Source of the DNA: an uncultured Erysipelotrichaceae bacterium
Lineage (GTDB): Bacteria > Bacillota_I > Bacilli_A > Erysipelotrichales > Erysipelotrichaceae
Length of the DNA stretch: 32,000 bases
Direction: 5' to 3'
Assembly (NCBI GenBank): GCA_964401865.1
Contig: CAYNZZ010000002.1
Coordinates: 86,333-118,332 of the forward strand
The number at the start of each line of letters is the position of its first letter. Position 1 is the stretch's first letter. Made by a program: the position numbers and the translations under genes. Of this stretch, positions 9,304 to 17,026 are shown one piece after another. Below the pieces are notes generated by a model. The model saw nothing but the letters and a program-made list of their open reading frames with translations, did no database searches and was not told where the DNA came from.

Positions 9304-10269
9304 ATGAATTTAAAAAGAATAATACTCATTGTAGCAATCGTCATTATATTCTTTGTTTGTTATAAACATATGAATGTCGCTTTTGATAGATTATCTAGAT
9401 ATCCGTATCAAAACGAAAATGATAGAAGATTGATTGATGAATATCTCACTGATGATGAAATCGAGTATATTATTGAATATTCTATAGCGCCAGTTCATTT
9501 TATTAAATATATCGAGTATGATGGTTTCAATATCTATCATATCGATCTTTATCAACATATAGAAAATCTTTATTGGTATTTAAATGATGAACAAATCGTT
9601 TCATATACTGAGCAGGTTCTATCTTATGAAAATGGTTACGATACGGCTATTAGTTTACACAATAATTATAATTATTTAGAGATTTTAAATTGGTTGGAGT
9701 ATGGTGATAAATATAATCCTTCTTCAGAAATCATTAGTAATCCTGAAAGTGTATTAGCATATTTAGATGATGAGCATACAATGACTAATCGTGTTCCATA
9801 TGATTTAGTCGAAGTTGATGGTTTTAATAACGATAAGGTTTTTCTATTAAAAAGAAACGCTGCTGAAGCATACAAAAACATGTGTGAGGCTTTGAGTGAA
9901 GAATTCAAACGTGCAAATGGCGGTCTGATTATAGAAAAAGCTTATGTTTCTTATGATGAACAAGTTATTGTTTTTGAAGAATGTAAGGCGGAACATCCTG
10001 ACGACTATCTAAAGCATGTTGATTATCCAGGACACAGTGAGCACCAACTAGGGCTGGCGATCGATATATCATTTAGAGGATACGAAAATATGAAGGAAGC
10101 CCCTCAATATGATTGGATATTGAACCATGCCCATGAATATGGATTTGTTCAAACAAGAGTAAATCAAGAAAATAAAGAAGATGTATTCGGACACTTTAGA
10201 TATGTCGGTGTGGAATTGGCGACTCAAATTTTTGATGAACAGATATCTTTAAAAGAGGCTATAAAATGA
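9304..10269 (+). CDS. Membrane-anchored VanY/LdcB-like (M15B) D-Ala-D-Ala / LD-carboxypeptidase family protein
   Basis: MNLKRIILIVAIVIIFFVCY forms a signal anchor. The C-terminal M15B core has PGHSEHQLGLAIDI and HFRYVG. Alternative starts are ATG 9289 (a TAATG overlap with the trmL stop) and ATG 9250 (a 40-nt overlap, unlikely). Confidence 0.75.
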   Translation: MNLKRIILIVAIVIIFFVCYKHMNVAFDRLSRYPYQNENDRRLIDEYLTDDEIEYIIEYSIAPVHFIKYIEYDGFNIYHIDLYQHIENLYWYLNDEQIVSYTEQVLSYENGYDTAISLHNNYNYLEILNWLEYGDKYNPSSEIISNPESVLAYLDDEHTMTNRVPYDLVEVDGFNNDKVFLLKRNAAEAYKNMCEALSEEFKRANGGLIIEKAYVSYDEQVIVFEECKAEHPDDYLKHVDYPGHSEHQLGLAIDISFRGYENMKEAPQYDWILNHAHEYGFVQTRVNQENKEDVFGHFRYVGVELATQIFDEQISLKEAIK

Positions 10270-10991
10270 TAGGTGTTTTTGATTCTGGATTAGGTGGGGT
10301 ATTATTATTAGAAAAACTGGCAAAAAATTATCCTGATCAGACTTTTTTGTACCACGCCGATAGAAAAAATGTTCCTTTTGGTAACAAAAACGATCAGCAA
10401 CTAACAGAGATATTCAAAGAGAATTATCAATACTTTATTGATAAAGGATGTACAGATTTGATTGTGGCATGCAATACTATGTGTTCAGTTATTAATTTTA
10501 ACGATTATAACAGAATTAAAATTCATGACATTATTGCATCTACAGTCGATAAAGTTAACTTAGATGTCAATTCTAATATCTTAGTTCTAGGAACAGAAAA
10601 GACAGTTGAAAAGGGCAGATATAAGCAATTACTTGATAATAAGAATTATAATGTACAATCTATTGCTTTGCCTAAGCTTGCTAGTATGATTGAGGAATAT
10701 TGCAATTATGATGTGATTAAAGAATATGTATATGAATTAATTAAAGATATAAAAAATATTGATGGGATTGTATTAGCTTGCACACATTATCCGGCAGTTA
10801 AAAAGGTATTTGTCGAATTATTTGATGTACCAATCTATGATTCAAATGATTTATTATACGATTTTTTATCAAAGGATGATAAAGGGGAAGTAATCATCGA
10901 TTTAAAAAAAGATAATGATTTGGAAAAGTATTTACACGAACATTTGACGGTGAGATATAAATATTATGAAGATTGTTTTGGCATCAGATAA
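10266..10991 (+). CDS. murI: Glutamate racemase
   Basis: FDSGLGG, YHADRKNVPFG and both catalytic-cysteine motifs (VACNT and LACTHYP) are intact. The start overlaps the stop of the VanY-like gene (ATGA). Confidence 0.9.
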   Translation: MIGVFDSGLGGVLLLEKLAKNYPDQTFLYHADRKNVPFGNKNDQQLTEIFKENYQYFIDKGCTDLIVACNTMCSVINFNDYNRIKIHDIIASTVDKVNLDVNSNILVLGTEKTVEKGRYKQLLDNKNYNVQSIALPKLASMIEEYCNYDVIKEYVYELIKDIKNIDGIVLACTHYPAVKKVFVELFDVPIYDSNDLLYDFLSKDDKGEVIIDLKKDNDLEKYLHEHLTVRYKYYEDCFGIR

Positions 10992-11436
10992 TCACGGTTT
11001 ATTAAATGTGATAAAAACCATTTTATTTAAACATCAAGATGGTGATTATTATCTACATTGTGGAGATTCAGAACTTAATAAGGAATTATTGAGACCTTTT
11101 GTTAGTGTAAAAGGGAATAATGATTTCGCTTTTGATTTTCCAATGTATCATACTTTGGTTATTGAAGGGCACAATGTATTACTAATACATGGACACGGAT
11201 ATATTTATTTAGATAATTACGAAGGCTTGGCAAAAAAAGCTAAAGAGCTTTCGTGCGATGTAGTTTTGTTCGGACATTCACATATGTATTTTGATGGCAC
11301 AATTGATGGAATCAGGTTGATTAACCCAGGTTCTTGTTGGTGCAATCGAGATCATACAAAACCTTCGTATGCAATTGTTGAAATAAAAAAAGATGAAATT
11401 ATCGCAAAAAGATACGATTTAGATTGTAATTTTTAG
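10966..11436 (+). CDS. YfcE/MJ0936-family metallophosphoesterase
   Basis: The metallophosphoesterase motifs are present in order: SDNHG, HCGDS, GNND, HGH and GHSH. The length is 156 aa. Confidence 0.85.
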   Translation: MKIVLASDNHGLLNVIKTILFKHQDGDYYLHCGDSELNKELLRPFVSVKGNNDFAFDFPMYHTLVIEGHNVLLIHGHGYIYLDNYEGLAKKAKELSCDVVLFGHSHMYFDGTIDGIRLINPGSCWCNRDHTKPSYAIVEIKKDEIIAKRYDLDCNF

Positions 11437-11442
11437 TATAAT
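11437..11442 (+). promoter_or_regulatory. Possible -10 (TATAAT) for tRNA-Arg, 22 nt upstream of the mature 5' end
   Basis: TATAAT lies immediately after the yfcE-type stop codon. There is no convincing -35, so read-through from the upstream operon is equally possible. Confidence 0.25.
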
Positions 11443-11463
11443 TTGTTATTATATTTAAGCGAT

Positions 11464-11540
11464 GTCTACGTAGCTCAGCTGGATAGAGCACTCGCCTTCT
11501 AAGCGAGCGGTCAGGGGTTCGAATCCCTTCGTGGACGCCA
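11464..11540 (+). tRNA. tRNA-Arg (anticodon TCT)
   Basis: My hand-folded cloverleaf has acceptor GTCTACG/CGTGGAC, D-arm AGCTCAGCTGGATAGAGC, anticodon stem CTCGC/GCGAG with loop CTTCTAA, T-arm CAGGGGTTCGAATCCCCT-like, and an encoded CCA. Confidence 0.9.
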
Positions 11541-11550
11541 CTTAAAAATT

Positions 11551-11575
11551 AAGTCCCTGATATTAGGGGCTTTTT
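11551..11575 (+). terminator. Rho-independent terminator after tRNA-Arg
   Basis: AAGTCCCT (11551-11558) pairs with AGGGGCTT (11565-11572), including one G-U pair, and a T-run covers 11571-11575. Confidence 0.6.
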
Positions 11576-11659
11576 ATATCGATTTTTTACGCAAGTTTCC
11601 GTTTAAAGTATCGTAATAAACCATAGAATTTCAAAAGCTGAATTTTTTTATAAAATAAC

Positions 11660-11688
11660 TTGAATTATATATTTATTAAATGTATTAT
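11660..11688 (+). promoter_or_regulatory. Sigma-A-type promoter candidate for the infC-rpmI-rplT operon
   Basis: It consists of the -35 TTGAAT (11660-11665), a 17-nt spacer and the -10 TATTAT (11683-11688). Confidence 0.45.
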
Positions 11689-11689
11689 A

Positions 11690-11831
11690 TTAAGGTAATA
11701 AAAAGTATGTAGAAAGAAGAAGGCCACTTCTCACCTGATGTCCAATGGATTTGGGTAATGTATTGCTACTTGATAGAATAGTGATATAAGTGGGCTTTGA
11801 CTCGCTTTTTATTTTTATTGGAGGTGTCATT
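11690..11831 (+). promoter_or_regulatory. Candidate L20-responsive leader (Bacillus-type L20 leader) with an attenuator hairpin
   Basis: A structured untranslated leader of about 140 nt lies between the promoter candidate and infC. It contains small hairpins (GAAG..CTTC near 11718-11733; CCAA..TTGG near 11742-11754) and a hairpin at 11788-11807 followed by TTTATTTTTATT, just before the infC SD. The assignment rests on position and architecture only. Confidence 0.35.
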
Positions 11832-12356
11832 ATTACAAGAAAAAACCAAAACGATGACCTTGTAAACGAATTGATTCGTTTTAAAGAAGTATTAGTCATT
11901 GGACCTAATGGTGAACAATTAGGCGTCATGTTCCGTAGAGAAGCATTAGAAAAAGCTTATGAAATGGAATTAGATCTTCTATGTGTTGCTCCAAATGCTG
12001 AACCACCTGTATGCAAAATACTTGATTATGGTAAGCATCGCTTTGAAGCACAAAAAAAGGCGAAAGAAGCCAAAAAGAATCAACATACAACCGAAATTAA
12101 GCCTTTGCGTTTATCACCGGTTATCGACAAGCACGACTTTGATACAAAAGTAAATCATTCGACTAAATGGTTAAGCAGTGGTATGAAAGTCAAGGTTGAC
12201 ATGCGTTTTAGAGGCAGGTTAATCACTCGCCAAGAAGTTGGTTTAAAGATTATGAATGACTTTATTGAGGCATTGTCAGAAGTTTCAACAGTTGAAAAAA
12301 AACCTTCTTTAGAAGGAAATATTATGTCTTGTGTATTAGCACCTAAAAAGAAATAG
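11832..12356 (+). CDS. infC: Translation initiation factor IF-3, non-canonical ATT start
   Basis: Conserved IF-3 sequence begins at ..TRKNQNDDLVNELIRFKEVLVIGPNGEQLGV. GGAGGTG (11820-11826) lies inside the ORF-track extension and is followed by ATT ATT (11829 and 11832). No in-frame ATG, GTG or TTG lies downstream of the SD and before the conserved region. ATT 11829 is the alternative start. Confidence 0.9.
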   Translation: MTRKNQNDDLVNELIRFKEVLVIGPNGEQLGVMFRREALEKAYEMELDLLCVAPNAEPPVCKILDYGKHRFEAQKKAKEAKKNQHTTEIKPLRLSPVIDKHDFDTKVNHSTKWLSSGMKVKVDMRFRGRLITRQEVGLKIMNDFIEALSEVSTVEKKPSLEGNIMSCVLAPKKK

Positions 12357-12368
12357 GAGGGTAATCAA

Positions 12369-12563
12369 ATGCCAAAGATGAAAACTAAGAAGACTTTTGC
12401 TAAAAGAGTAAAAGTTACAGGAAGCGGAAAACTAAAGAGACATCACGCTTACACATCTCACTTTGCTGCCAACAAAACACATAAGCAAAAAGTTCAATTA
12501 AGACAAGCAGGTCTAGTATCACACAGTGATTACAAACGTGTAAAAGACTTGCTGCAAGGATAG
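12369..12563 (+). CDS. rpmI: 50S ribosomal protein L35
   Basis: The sequence [24 protein letters not shown] is typical of L35. The SD AGGAGGG at 12355-12361 lies 7 nt upstream. Confidence 0.95.
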   Translation: MPKMKTKKTFAKRVKVTGSGKLKRHHAYTSHFAANKTHKQKVQLRQAGLVSHSDYKRVKDLLQG

Positions 12564-12575
12564 GAGGGAAGATAA

Positions 12576-12935
12576 ATGGCAAGAGTAAAAGGATCAACTC
12601 CTACTAGAAATAGACGTAAGAGAGTTTTAAAACAAGCTAAAGGTTATTTTGGTTCAAAACACTTATTATACCGTACAGCTAATGAACAAGTAATGCGTTC
12701 ATTGAGATATTCTTATATTGGACGTAAACAAACAAAACGTGAATTCCGTAAATTGTGGATTGCAAGAATTAATGCTGCTGCAAGAATGAATGGTTTAAGT
12801 TATTCTAATCTAATGCACGGTTTAAAACTTGCTAATGTGCAAGTAAACCGTAAAATGCTTTCAGAAATTGCTATTGCTGATCCAAACGGATTCAAAACAA
12901 TTTGTGAAACTGCGTCAAAAGCATTAAATAAATAA
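12576..12935 (+). CDS. rplT: 50S ribosomal protein L20
   Basis: The sequence [26 protein letters not shown]...[10 protein letters not shown] is typical of L20. The SD AGGAGGG lies at 12562-12568. Confidence 0.95.
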   Translation: MARVKGSTPTRNRRKRVLKQAKGYFGSKHLLYRTANEQVMRSLRYSYIGRKQTKREFRKLWIARINAAARMNGLSYSNLMHGLKLANVQVNRKMLSEIAIADPNGFKTICETASKALNK

Positions 12936-12952
12936 GAGTTTATCTCTTATTT

Positions 12953-13029
12953 GGCTCGTTGGTGAAGCGGCTTAACACATTGCCCTCTCAAGGCAACATT
13001 CACGGGTTCGAATCCCGTACGAGTCACCA
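12953..13029 (+). tRNA. tRNA-Glu (anticodon CTC)
   Basis: My hand-folded cloverleaf has acceptor GGCTCGT/ACGAGTC, anticodon stem TTGCC/GGCAA with loop CTCTCAA, T-arm ACGGGTTCGAATCCCGT, and an encoded CCA. The body closely resembles Bacillus tRNA-Glu as I remember it. Confidence 0.85.
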
Positions 13030-13042
13030 TATTAAATTGACC

Positions 13043-13066
13043 AAGTCCTTAAATAAAGGACTTTTT
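13043..13066 (+). terminator. Rho-independent terminator ending the infC-rpmI-rplT-tRNA-Glu unit
   Basis: AAGTCCTT (13043-13050) pairs with AAGGACTT (13056-13063) around a 5-nt loop, and the T-run extends to 13066. Confidence 0.7.
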
Positions 13067-13110
13067 AAGTGCTTTAATTTTAAAAATGATTTTGTTTTTA
13101 ATGCTAAATA

Positions 13111-13138
13111 AAAAATCCAACTTTATAGTTGGATTTTT
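13111..13138. terminator. Bidirectional hairpin terminator; it serves gltX on the minus strand
   Basis: ATCCAACT (13115-13122) pairs with AGTTGGAT (13127-13134) around a 4-nt loop. An A-run lies upstream and a T-run downstream, so it reads as a terminator on both strands. It sits about 20 nt past the gltX stop. Confidence 0.65.
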
Positions 13139-13158
13139 AAAATTATGGTTGAGAACTA

Positions 13159-14616
13159 CTATTTCGATAATTTATCGATAGCGATTTTGATTCTGTTAAT
13201 CGTTTCTTCTTTACCTAAAATTAGAGATAATTCAATTGCTCCTCCTGGAGTAAATGCCTTGCCTGATAATGCGACTCTTATTGGATATAATAATTGACCA
13301 TTTTTGATTTCTTTGCTTTGAGCTAGATTCATTAATCCATCATGTATAGAATCATGATCATATGTATTTAAACCATTAAAGAAGTCCAAAGCCGATTTAA
13401 GAGAATCTAATGCAATTTCTGGATTGGTTTTCATTTTCTTATTAACAAATAAATCAATTTCATATTCAGGTAATTTATCAAAGAAATCAACCATTTCAGG
13501 AATATCATTCAACAAGGTAACTCTTTCTTTTAAAATATGAGCTATTTCAACTAATGAATAGTCTTTTTTAACACTTTCTTTAATGTATGGAGTTACAAGG
13601 TTTAGATAATTGTCGAAATCCATTTCCCTTAGATATACACCATTCATCCATTTAAGTTTCTCAATATCGAAGATTGCTCCTGATGTATTGATTCTCTTTA
13701 CATCAAACGCTTGACATAATTCAGTTAATGAATAAATTTCTTTTTCTTCACTTGGAGACCATCCAAGAAGAGCGATATAGTTCAAAATGGCTTCCGGTAA
13801 ATATCCCTTGGCGATTAAATCCTGGAATGAAGCATCACCATTACGTTTAGATAATTTTTGATGTTCATCTTTCATTACTGGAGGGCAGTGAATATATCTT
13901 GGTACATTCCAGCCCAATGCTTCATATATTAAGTTATATTTAGGGGTAGATGATAAGTATTCATTTCCTCTAACGACATCAGTGATGCCCATTAAATGAT
14001 CATCAATAACGTTTGCGAAATTGTATGTTGGAAAACCATCTGATTTCAATAAAATCATTTCATCTAGAGTTGAATTATCAACTGTGATTGTTCCATACAC
14101 TTCGTCTATAAAAGAAGTAGTACCATTTGGATCGATGTTTTGTCTAATAACGTATGGTTCACCTGCAGCTATTCTTGCTTCGATTTCTTCTTTAGATAAC
14201 TTTTTACAAGGATCAGCATAAATAAATGATTCACCACGAGCTTCAGCTATTTCCTTTTGCGCCTTGATATCTTCTTCGCTACAGAAACAAATATGAGCCT
14301 TTCCTTTTTCTACCATTTCCATAGCATATTTTTTATAAACACCAGATTTCATTCTTTCCGACTGAACATAAGGTCCAAAATTTCCACCGACATCAGGTCC
14401 TTCATCATGGTGTAATCCACAAGTTTTTAAAGTGTCGTAGATAATGTCTGTGGCACCATCAACCAGTCTTTGTTGGTCGGTATCTTCAATTCTTAAAATA
14501 AAGACACCATTTTCGTGCTTTTTAGCAACTAAATATGCATATAATGCTGTTCTTAAATTTCCGATATGCATATAGCCGGTAGGGCTAGGTGCAAATCTTG
14601 TTCTTACATTTTCCAT
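13159..14616 (-). CDS. gltX: Glutamate--tRNA ligase
   Basis: The [19 protein letters not shown] (HIGH) and KLSKRNG (KMSKS) motifs are present, and the length is 485 aa. The SD AGAGGGA lies upstream. Confidence 0.95.
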   Translation of the reverse strand: MENVRTRFAPSPTGYMHIGNLRTALYAYLVAKKHENGVFILRIEDTDQQRLVDGATDIIYDTLKTCGLHHDEGPDVGGNFGPYVQSERMKSGVYKKYAMEMVEKGKAHICFCSEEDIKAQKEIAEARGESFIYADPCKKLSKEEIEARIAAGEPYVIRQNIDPNGTTSFIDEVYGTITVDNSTLDEMILLKSDGFPTYNFANVIDDHLMGITDVVRGNEYLSSTPKYNLIYEALGWNVPRYIHCPPVMKDEHQKLSKRNGDASFQDLIAKGYLPEAILNYIALLGWSPSEEKEIYSLTELCQAFDVKRINTSGAIFDIEKLKWMNGVYLREMDFDNYLNLVTPYIKESVKKDYSLVEIAHILKERVTLLNDIPEMVDFFDKLPEYEIDLFVNKKMKTNPEIALDSLKSALDFFNGLNTYDHDSIHDGLMNLAQSKEIKNGQLLYPIRVALSGKAFTPGGAIELSLILGKEETINRIKIAIDKLSK

Positions 14617-14703
14617 GTCTAAATCCCTCTACTTTCATTATTTTACTCTATTAATAAACTAAATTAAAGACCTTAAATACTTCCTTTTTAAGATATTAAG
14701 TAT

Positions 14704-14709
14704 TATAAT
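14704..14709 (+). promoter_or_regulatory. Candidate -10 (TATAAT) 10 nt upstream of the ktrB/trkH ATG, giving a near-leaderless transcript
   Basis: TATAAT-TTCACTTAT-ATG, with no SD and no clear -35. Confidence 0.3.
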
Positions 14710-14718
14710 TTCACTTAT

Positions 14719-16095
14719 ATGAAAAACAAAGAATCAAAGTGGCGTTTAAAAAAATCTAGACCAGAATTAACACTGGCATTTTCTTTTTTAATTGTAATAT
14801 TAGTCGGAGCTTTTCTTTTGTCTTTAAAAGTTTCAAATGTAAATGGAAAGATTGACTTTATTGATGCTCTTTTTGTATCTACATCATCAACTTGTGTCAC
14901 TGGTTTGGTAACTGTTACTCCTGCTAGTCAGTTCACTCTTTTTGGACAGGTTGTTATTTTATTGCTGATACAGATTGGTGGATTAGGTTTCATGACTTTT
15001 ATTTCAGTCTTGTTATTGTTTATGAGAGCAAAATTAGATTTTAAAGAGAAACTGTTGTTAAAGGATGCTTTAAATAAAGAGGATTTCCAAGGAGTGGGAA
15101 GATATATTAAATCAATTATTCTATATACTTTTTGCTTTGAAATTATCGGTTTTTTCTTGATTTTCACTCAGCTTTATCAAGGTGAAAATGTGGCTTTAGA
15201 AGCATTTCAATCCTTGTTTTTATCTATTTCGGCTTTCTGTAATGCAGGAATCGATATCTTGGGACCTTCATCACTAATGATTTATCAGAGCAATATTGTT
15301 ATCAATTTAACTGTTTCGGCATTAATTATTATGGGTGGTATCGGTTTTGCGGTTTGGTTTGATTTTGCTAGTAATTCTAGGCTGTTTCATCATTTTAAGA
15401 AAAAGAATGATTTTTTTCGACGTCGTTTGCGCATAAATACAAGGATTGTTCTTATCATGACTGCTATCTTGATCTCTAGTGGAACAGTTTTAATCTTTTT
15501 AACCGAGTACAATAATGCTTTAGCCGAGTTATCGTTATTTGATAAGATTCAAGCTTCGTTCTTTAATTCTGTAACACTTAGAACCGCAGGTTTTTTTACC
15601 ATTGATTATTCAATATTAAAAGATGCTACTAAACTAGTTATGATTGTCTTTATGTTAATTGGTGGTTCACCTGGTGGTACAGCCGGTGGTATGAAAACAA
15701 CTACATTCTTTCTTTTGATTTATGCTATGGTATCGCTTGTAAATGAAAGAAATAAAATCAGAGTATTTAAAAGAGAAGTTGCATTGAGTAATATAATAAA
15801 AGCTTTTGTAATATTTTTTATGTATATGTCGATCATCCTCATAGGTGCATTCACAATCACCTTAATAGATAATTATTCGTTTATTGATATATTATTTGAG
15901 GTGGTGTCAGCCTTGGCTACAGTTGGCCTTTCGATAGGCATAACTTCTTCTTTGTCTTTAGTGTCGAAAATCATTATAATTGTATTGATGTTTATTGGTA
16001 GATTGGGTCCTATCACGATTGCTTTATCTTTAAAGAGAAGGGCTAAAAATGACAAGGGCATTAGTTATCCGGTTACTGAAATTGTTGTGGGGTAA
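14719..16095 (+). CDS. ktrB: Trk/Ktr-type K+ transporter membrane subunit (TrkH/KtrB family)
   Basis: It is a polytopic membrane protein with the repeated selectivity-filter-like motifs TGL, NAG, RTAGF and TVGLS that typify TrkH/KtrB. The length is 458 aa, and a KtrA-type gene follows. Confidence 0.85.
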   Translation: MKNKESKWRLKKSRPELTLAFSFLIVILVGAFLLSLKVSNVNGKIDFIDALFVSTSSTCVTGLVTVTPASQFTLFGQVVILLLIQIGGLGFMTFISVLLLFMRAKLDFKEKLLLKDALNKEDFQGVGRYIKSIILYTFCFEIIGFFLIFTQLYQGENVALEAFQSLFLSISAFCNAGIDILGPSSLMIYQSNIVINLTVSALIIMGGIGFAVWFDFASNSRLFHHFKKKNDFFRRRLRINTRIVLIMTAILISSGTVLIFLTEYNNALAELSLFDKIQASFFNSVTLRTAGFFTIDYSILKDATKLVMIVFMLIGGSPGGTAGGMKTTTFFLLIYAMVSLVNERNKIRVFKREVALSNIIKAFVIFFMYMSIILIGAFTITLIDNYSFIDILFEVVSALATVGLSIGITSSLSLVSKIIIIVLMFIGRLGPITIALSLKRRAKNDKGISYPVTEIVVG

Positions 16096-16100
16096 AATTT

Positions 16101-16775
16101 ATGGGAAAAGGAAAAAAGAATATGTATGCTGTTTTGGGATTAGGTATCTTTGGCTCTACTATTGCCAAGAATCTATCTCGATATGGTCACGATGTAATTG
16201 CGGTAGATAAAGACATGGCACAAATTGAAAAATTGAGCGAATTTGTAAGTCATGCAGTATGTTTAGATATAACAGATGTTGAACAGTTAAAGGCAGTAGG
16301 CATTGAAGATGCTGATTGTGCAGTAGTGGCAACTGGTTCAAGTCTTGAAGATTCTATTATGTGTATTATGAATCTAAAAGAGTTGGGTTTGAAAAAAATT
16401 ATCGCAAAAGCCAAAAATCGTAAATATGGTGAAGTGCTGTTGAAAATTGGTGCTGATGAGATTGTTTTACCGGAAAAAGAAATTGGTAAAAGGGTAGCTA
16501 AACGATTAATATCACCTGATATTATTGACTTGTTCGATATCGATACAAATTATTCAATTGTTGAAATACACGTTCTAGAAGCATGGGTAGGCTATTCTTT
16601 GGCTGAGTTAAATTTAAGAAGTAAGTTCGGTATAAATGTTATCGGAATTAGAAGAGATGACAAGCTTACTTTAACAGTAGATTCCAATGAGCTCATCTCG
16701 AAAAACGATGAGCTGATTATTGCGTGTAAAAATGATTTATTTGAGAGATTCTCTCAACTAGAAAGGGTGAGTTAA
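16101..16775 (+). CDS. ktrA: Trk/Ktr system regulatory subunit (RCK domains; TrkA/KtrA family)
   Basis: The Rossmann motif VLGLGIFGSTIA..VIAVD and a C-terminal RCK_C (TrkA_C) segment are present, and the length is 224 aa. The alternative start ATG 16122 gives MYAVLGLG... Confidence 0.85.
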   Translation: MGKGKKNMYAVLGLGIFGSTIAKNLSRYGHDVIAVDKDMAQIEKLSEFVSHAVCLDITDVEQLKAVGIEDADCAVVATGSSLEDSIMCIMNLKELGLKKIIAKAKNRKYGEVLLKIGADEIVLPEKEIGKRVAKRLISPDIIDLFDIDTNYSIVEIHVLEAWVGYSLAELNLRSKFGINVIGIRRDDKLTLTVDSNELISKNDELIIACKNDLFERFSQLERVS

Positions 16776-16819
16776 TATGAATTATTGAATACACACCTAA
16801 GGGAACTTGTTCACAAAAA

Positions 16820-17026
16820 ATGATTTTTGATATTGATGAAAATAGAATTATAAAAAATGTAAAGATTATAGGAGGATGTCCTGGCAATTTGTTAGGGATA
16901 TCAAAAATCTTAGTTGGTATGTCTATTAAAGATGTAATAGAACGCTTTGATGGAGTTAAATGTGGAAATAAACCAACATCTTGTCCTGATCAAATTGCAC
17001 AGGCTTTAAAACAACTTATTGATTAA
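16820..17026 (+). CDS. TSCPD-domain small protein (TIGR03905-like 4-Cys family); start as given by the ORF track, probably N-terminally incomplete
   Basis: GGCPGNLLGIS, VKCGNK and PTSCPDQIAQAL are present. Family-like sequence including the first Cys (EYTPKGTCSQK) continues in frame upstream to 16781 without any ATG, GTG or TTG (see findings). The stop overlaps the ATG of the next gene (TAATG). Confidence 0.75.
   Translation: MIFDIDENRIIKNVKIIGGCPGNLLGISKILVGMSIKDVIERFDGVKCGNKPTSCPDQIAQALKQLID

Noticed and set aside
14617-14718. A possible T-box leader for gltX, or a c-di-AMP (ydaO-type) riboswitch in front of ktrB, in the divergent spacer.
   Set aside because: The spacer is only about 100 nt, shared by two divergent genes, and very AT-rich. 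It is too short for either element, and I find no T-box motif, specifier hairpin, terminator/antiterminator pair or pseudoknot-capable G/C segments.
16783-16788. A programmed +1 ribosomal frameshift at TAT-TGA (prfB-like) joining the mini-ORF to the TSCPD frame.
   Set aside because: A P-site tRNA-Tyr cannot re-pair on the +1 codon AUU. The SD-like element also lies about 12 nt away rather than at the short spacing that stimulates prfB-type shifting. A sequencing error, a real frameshift or an ATT start are simpler explanations.
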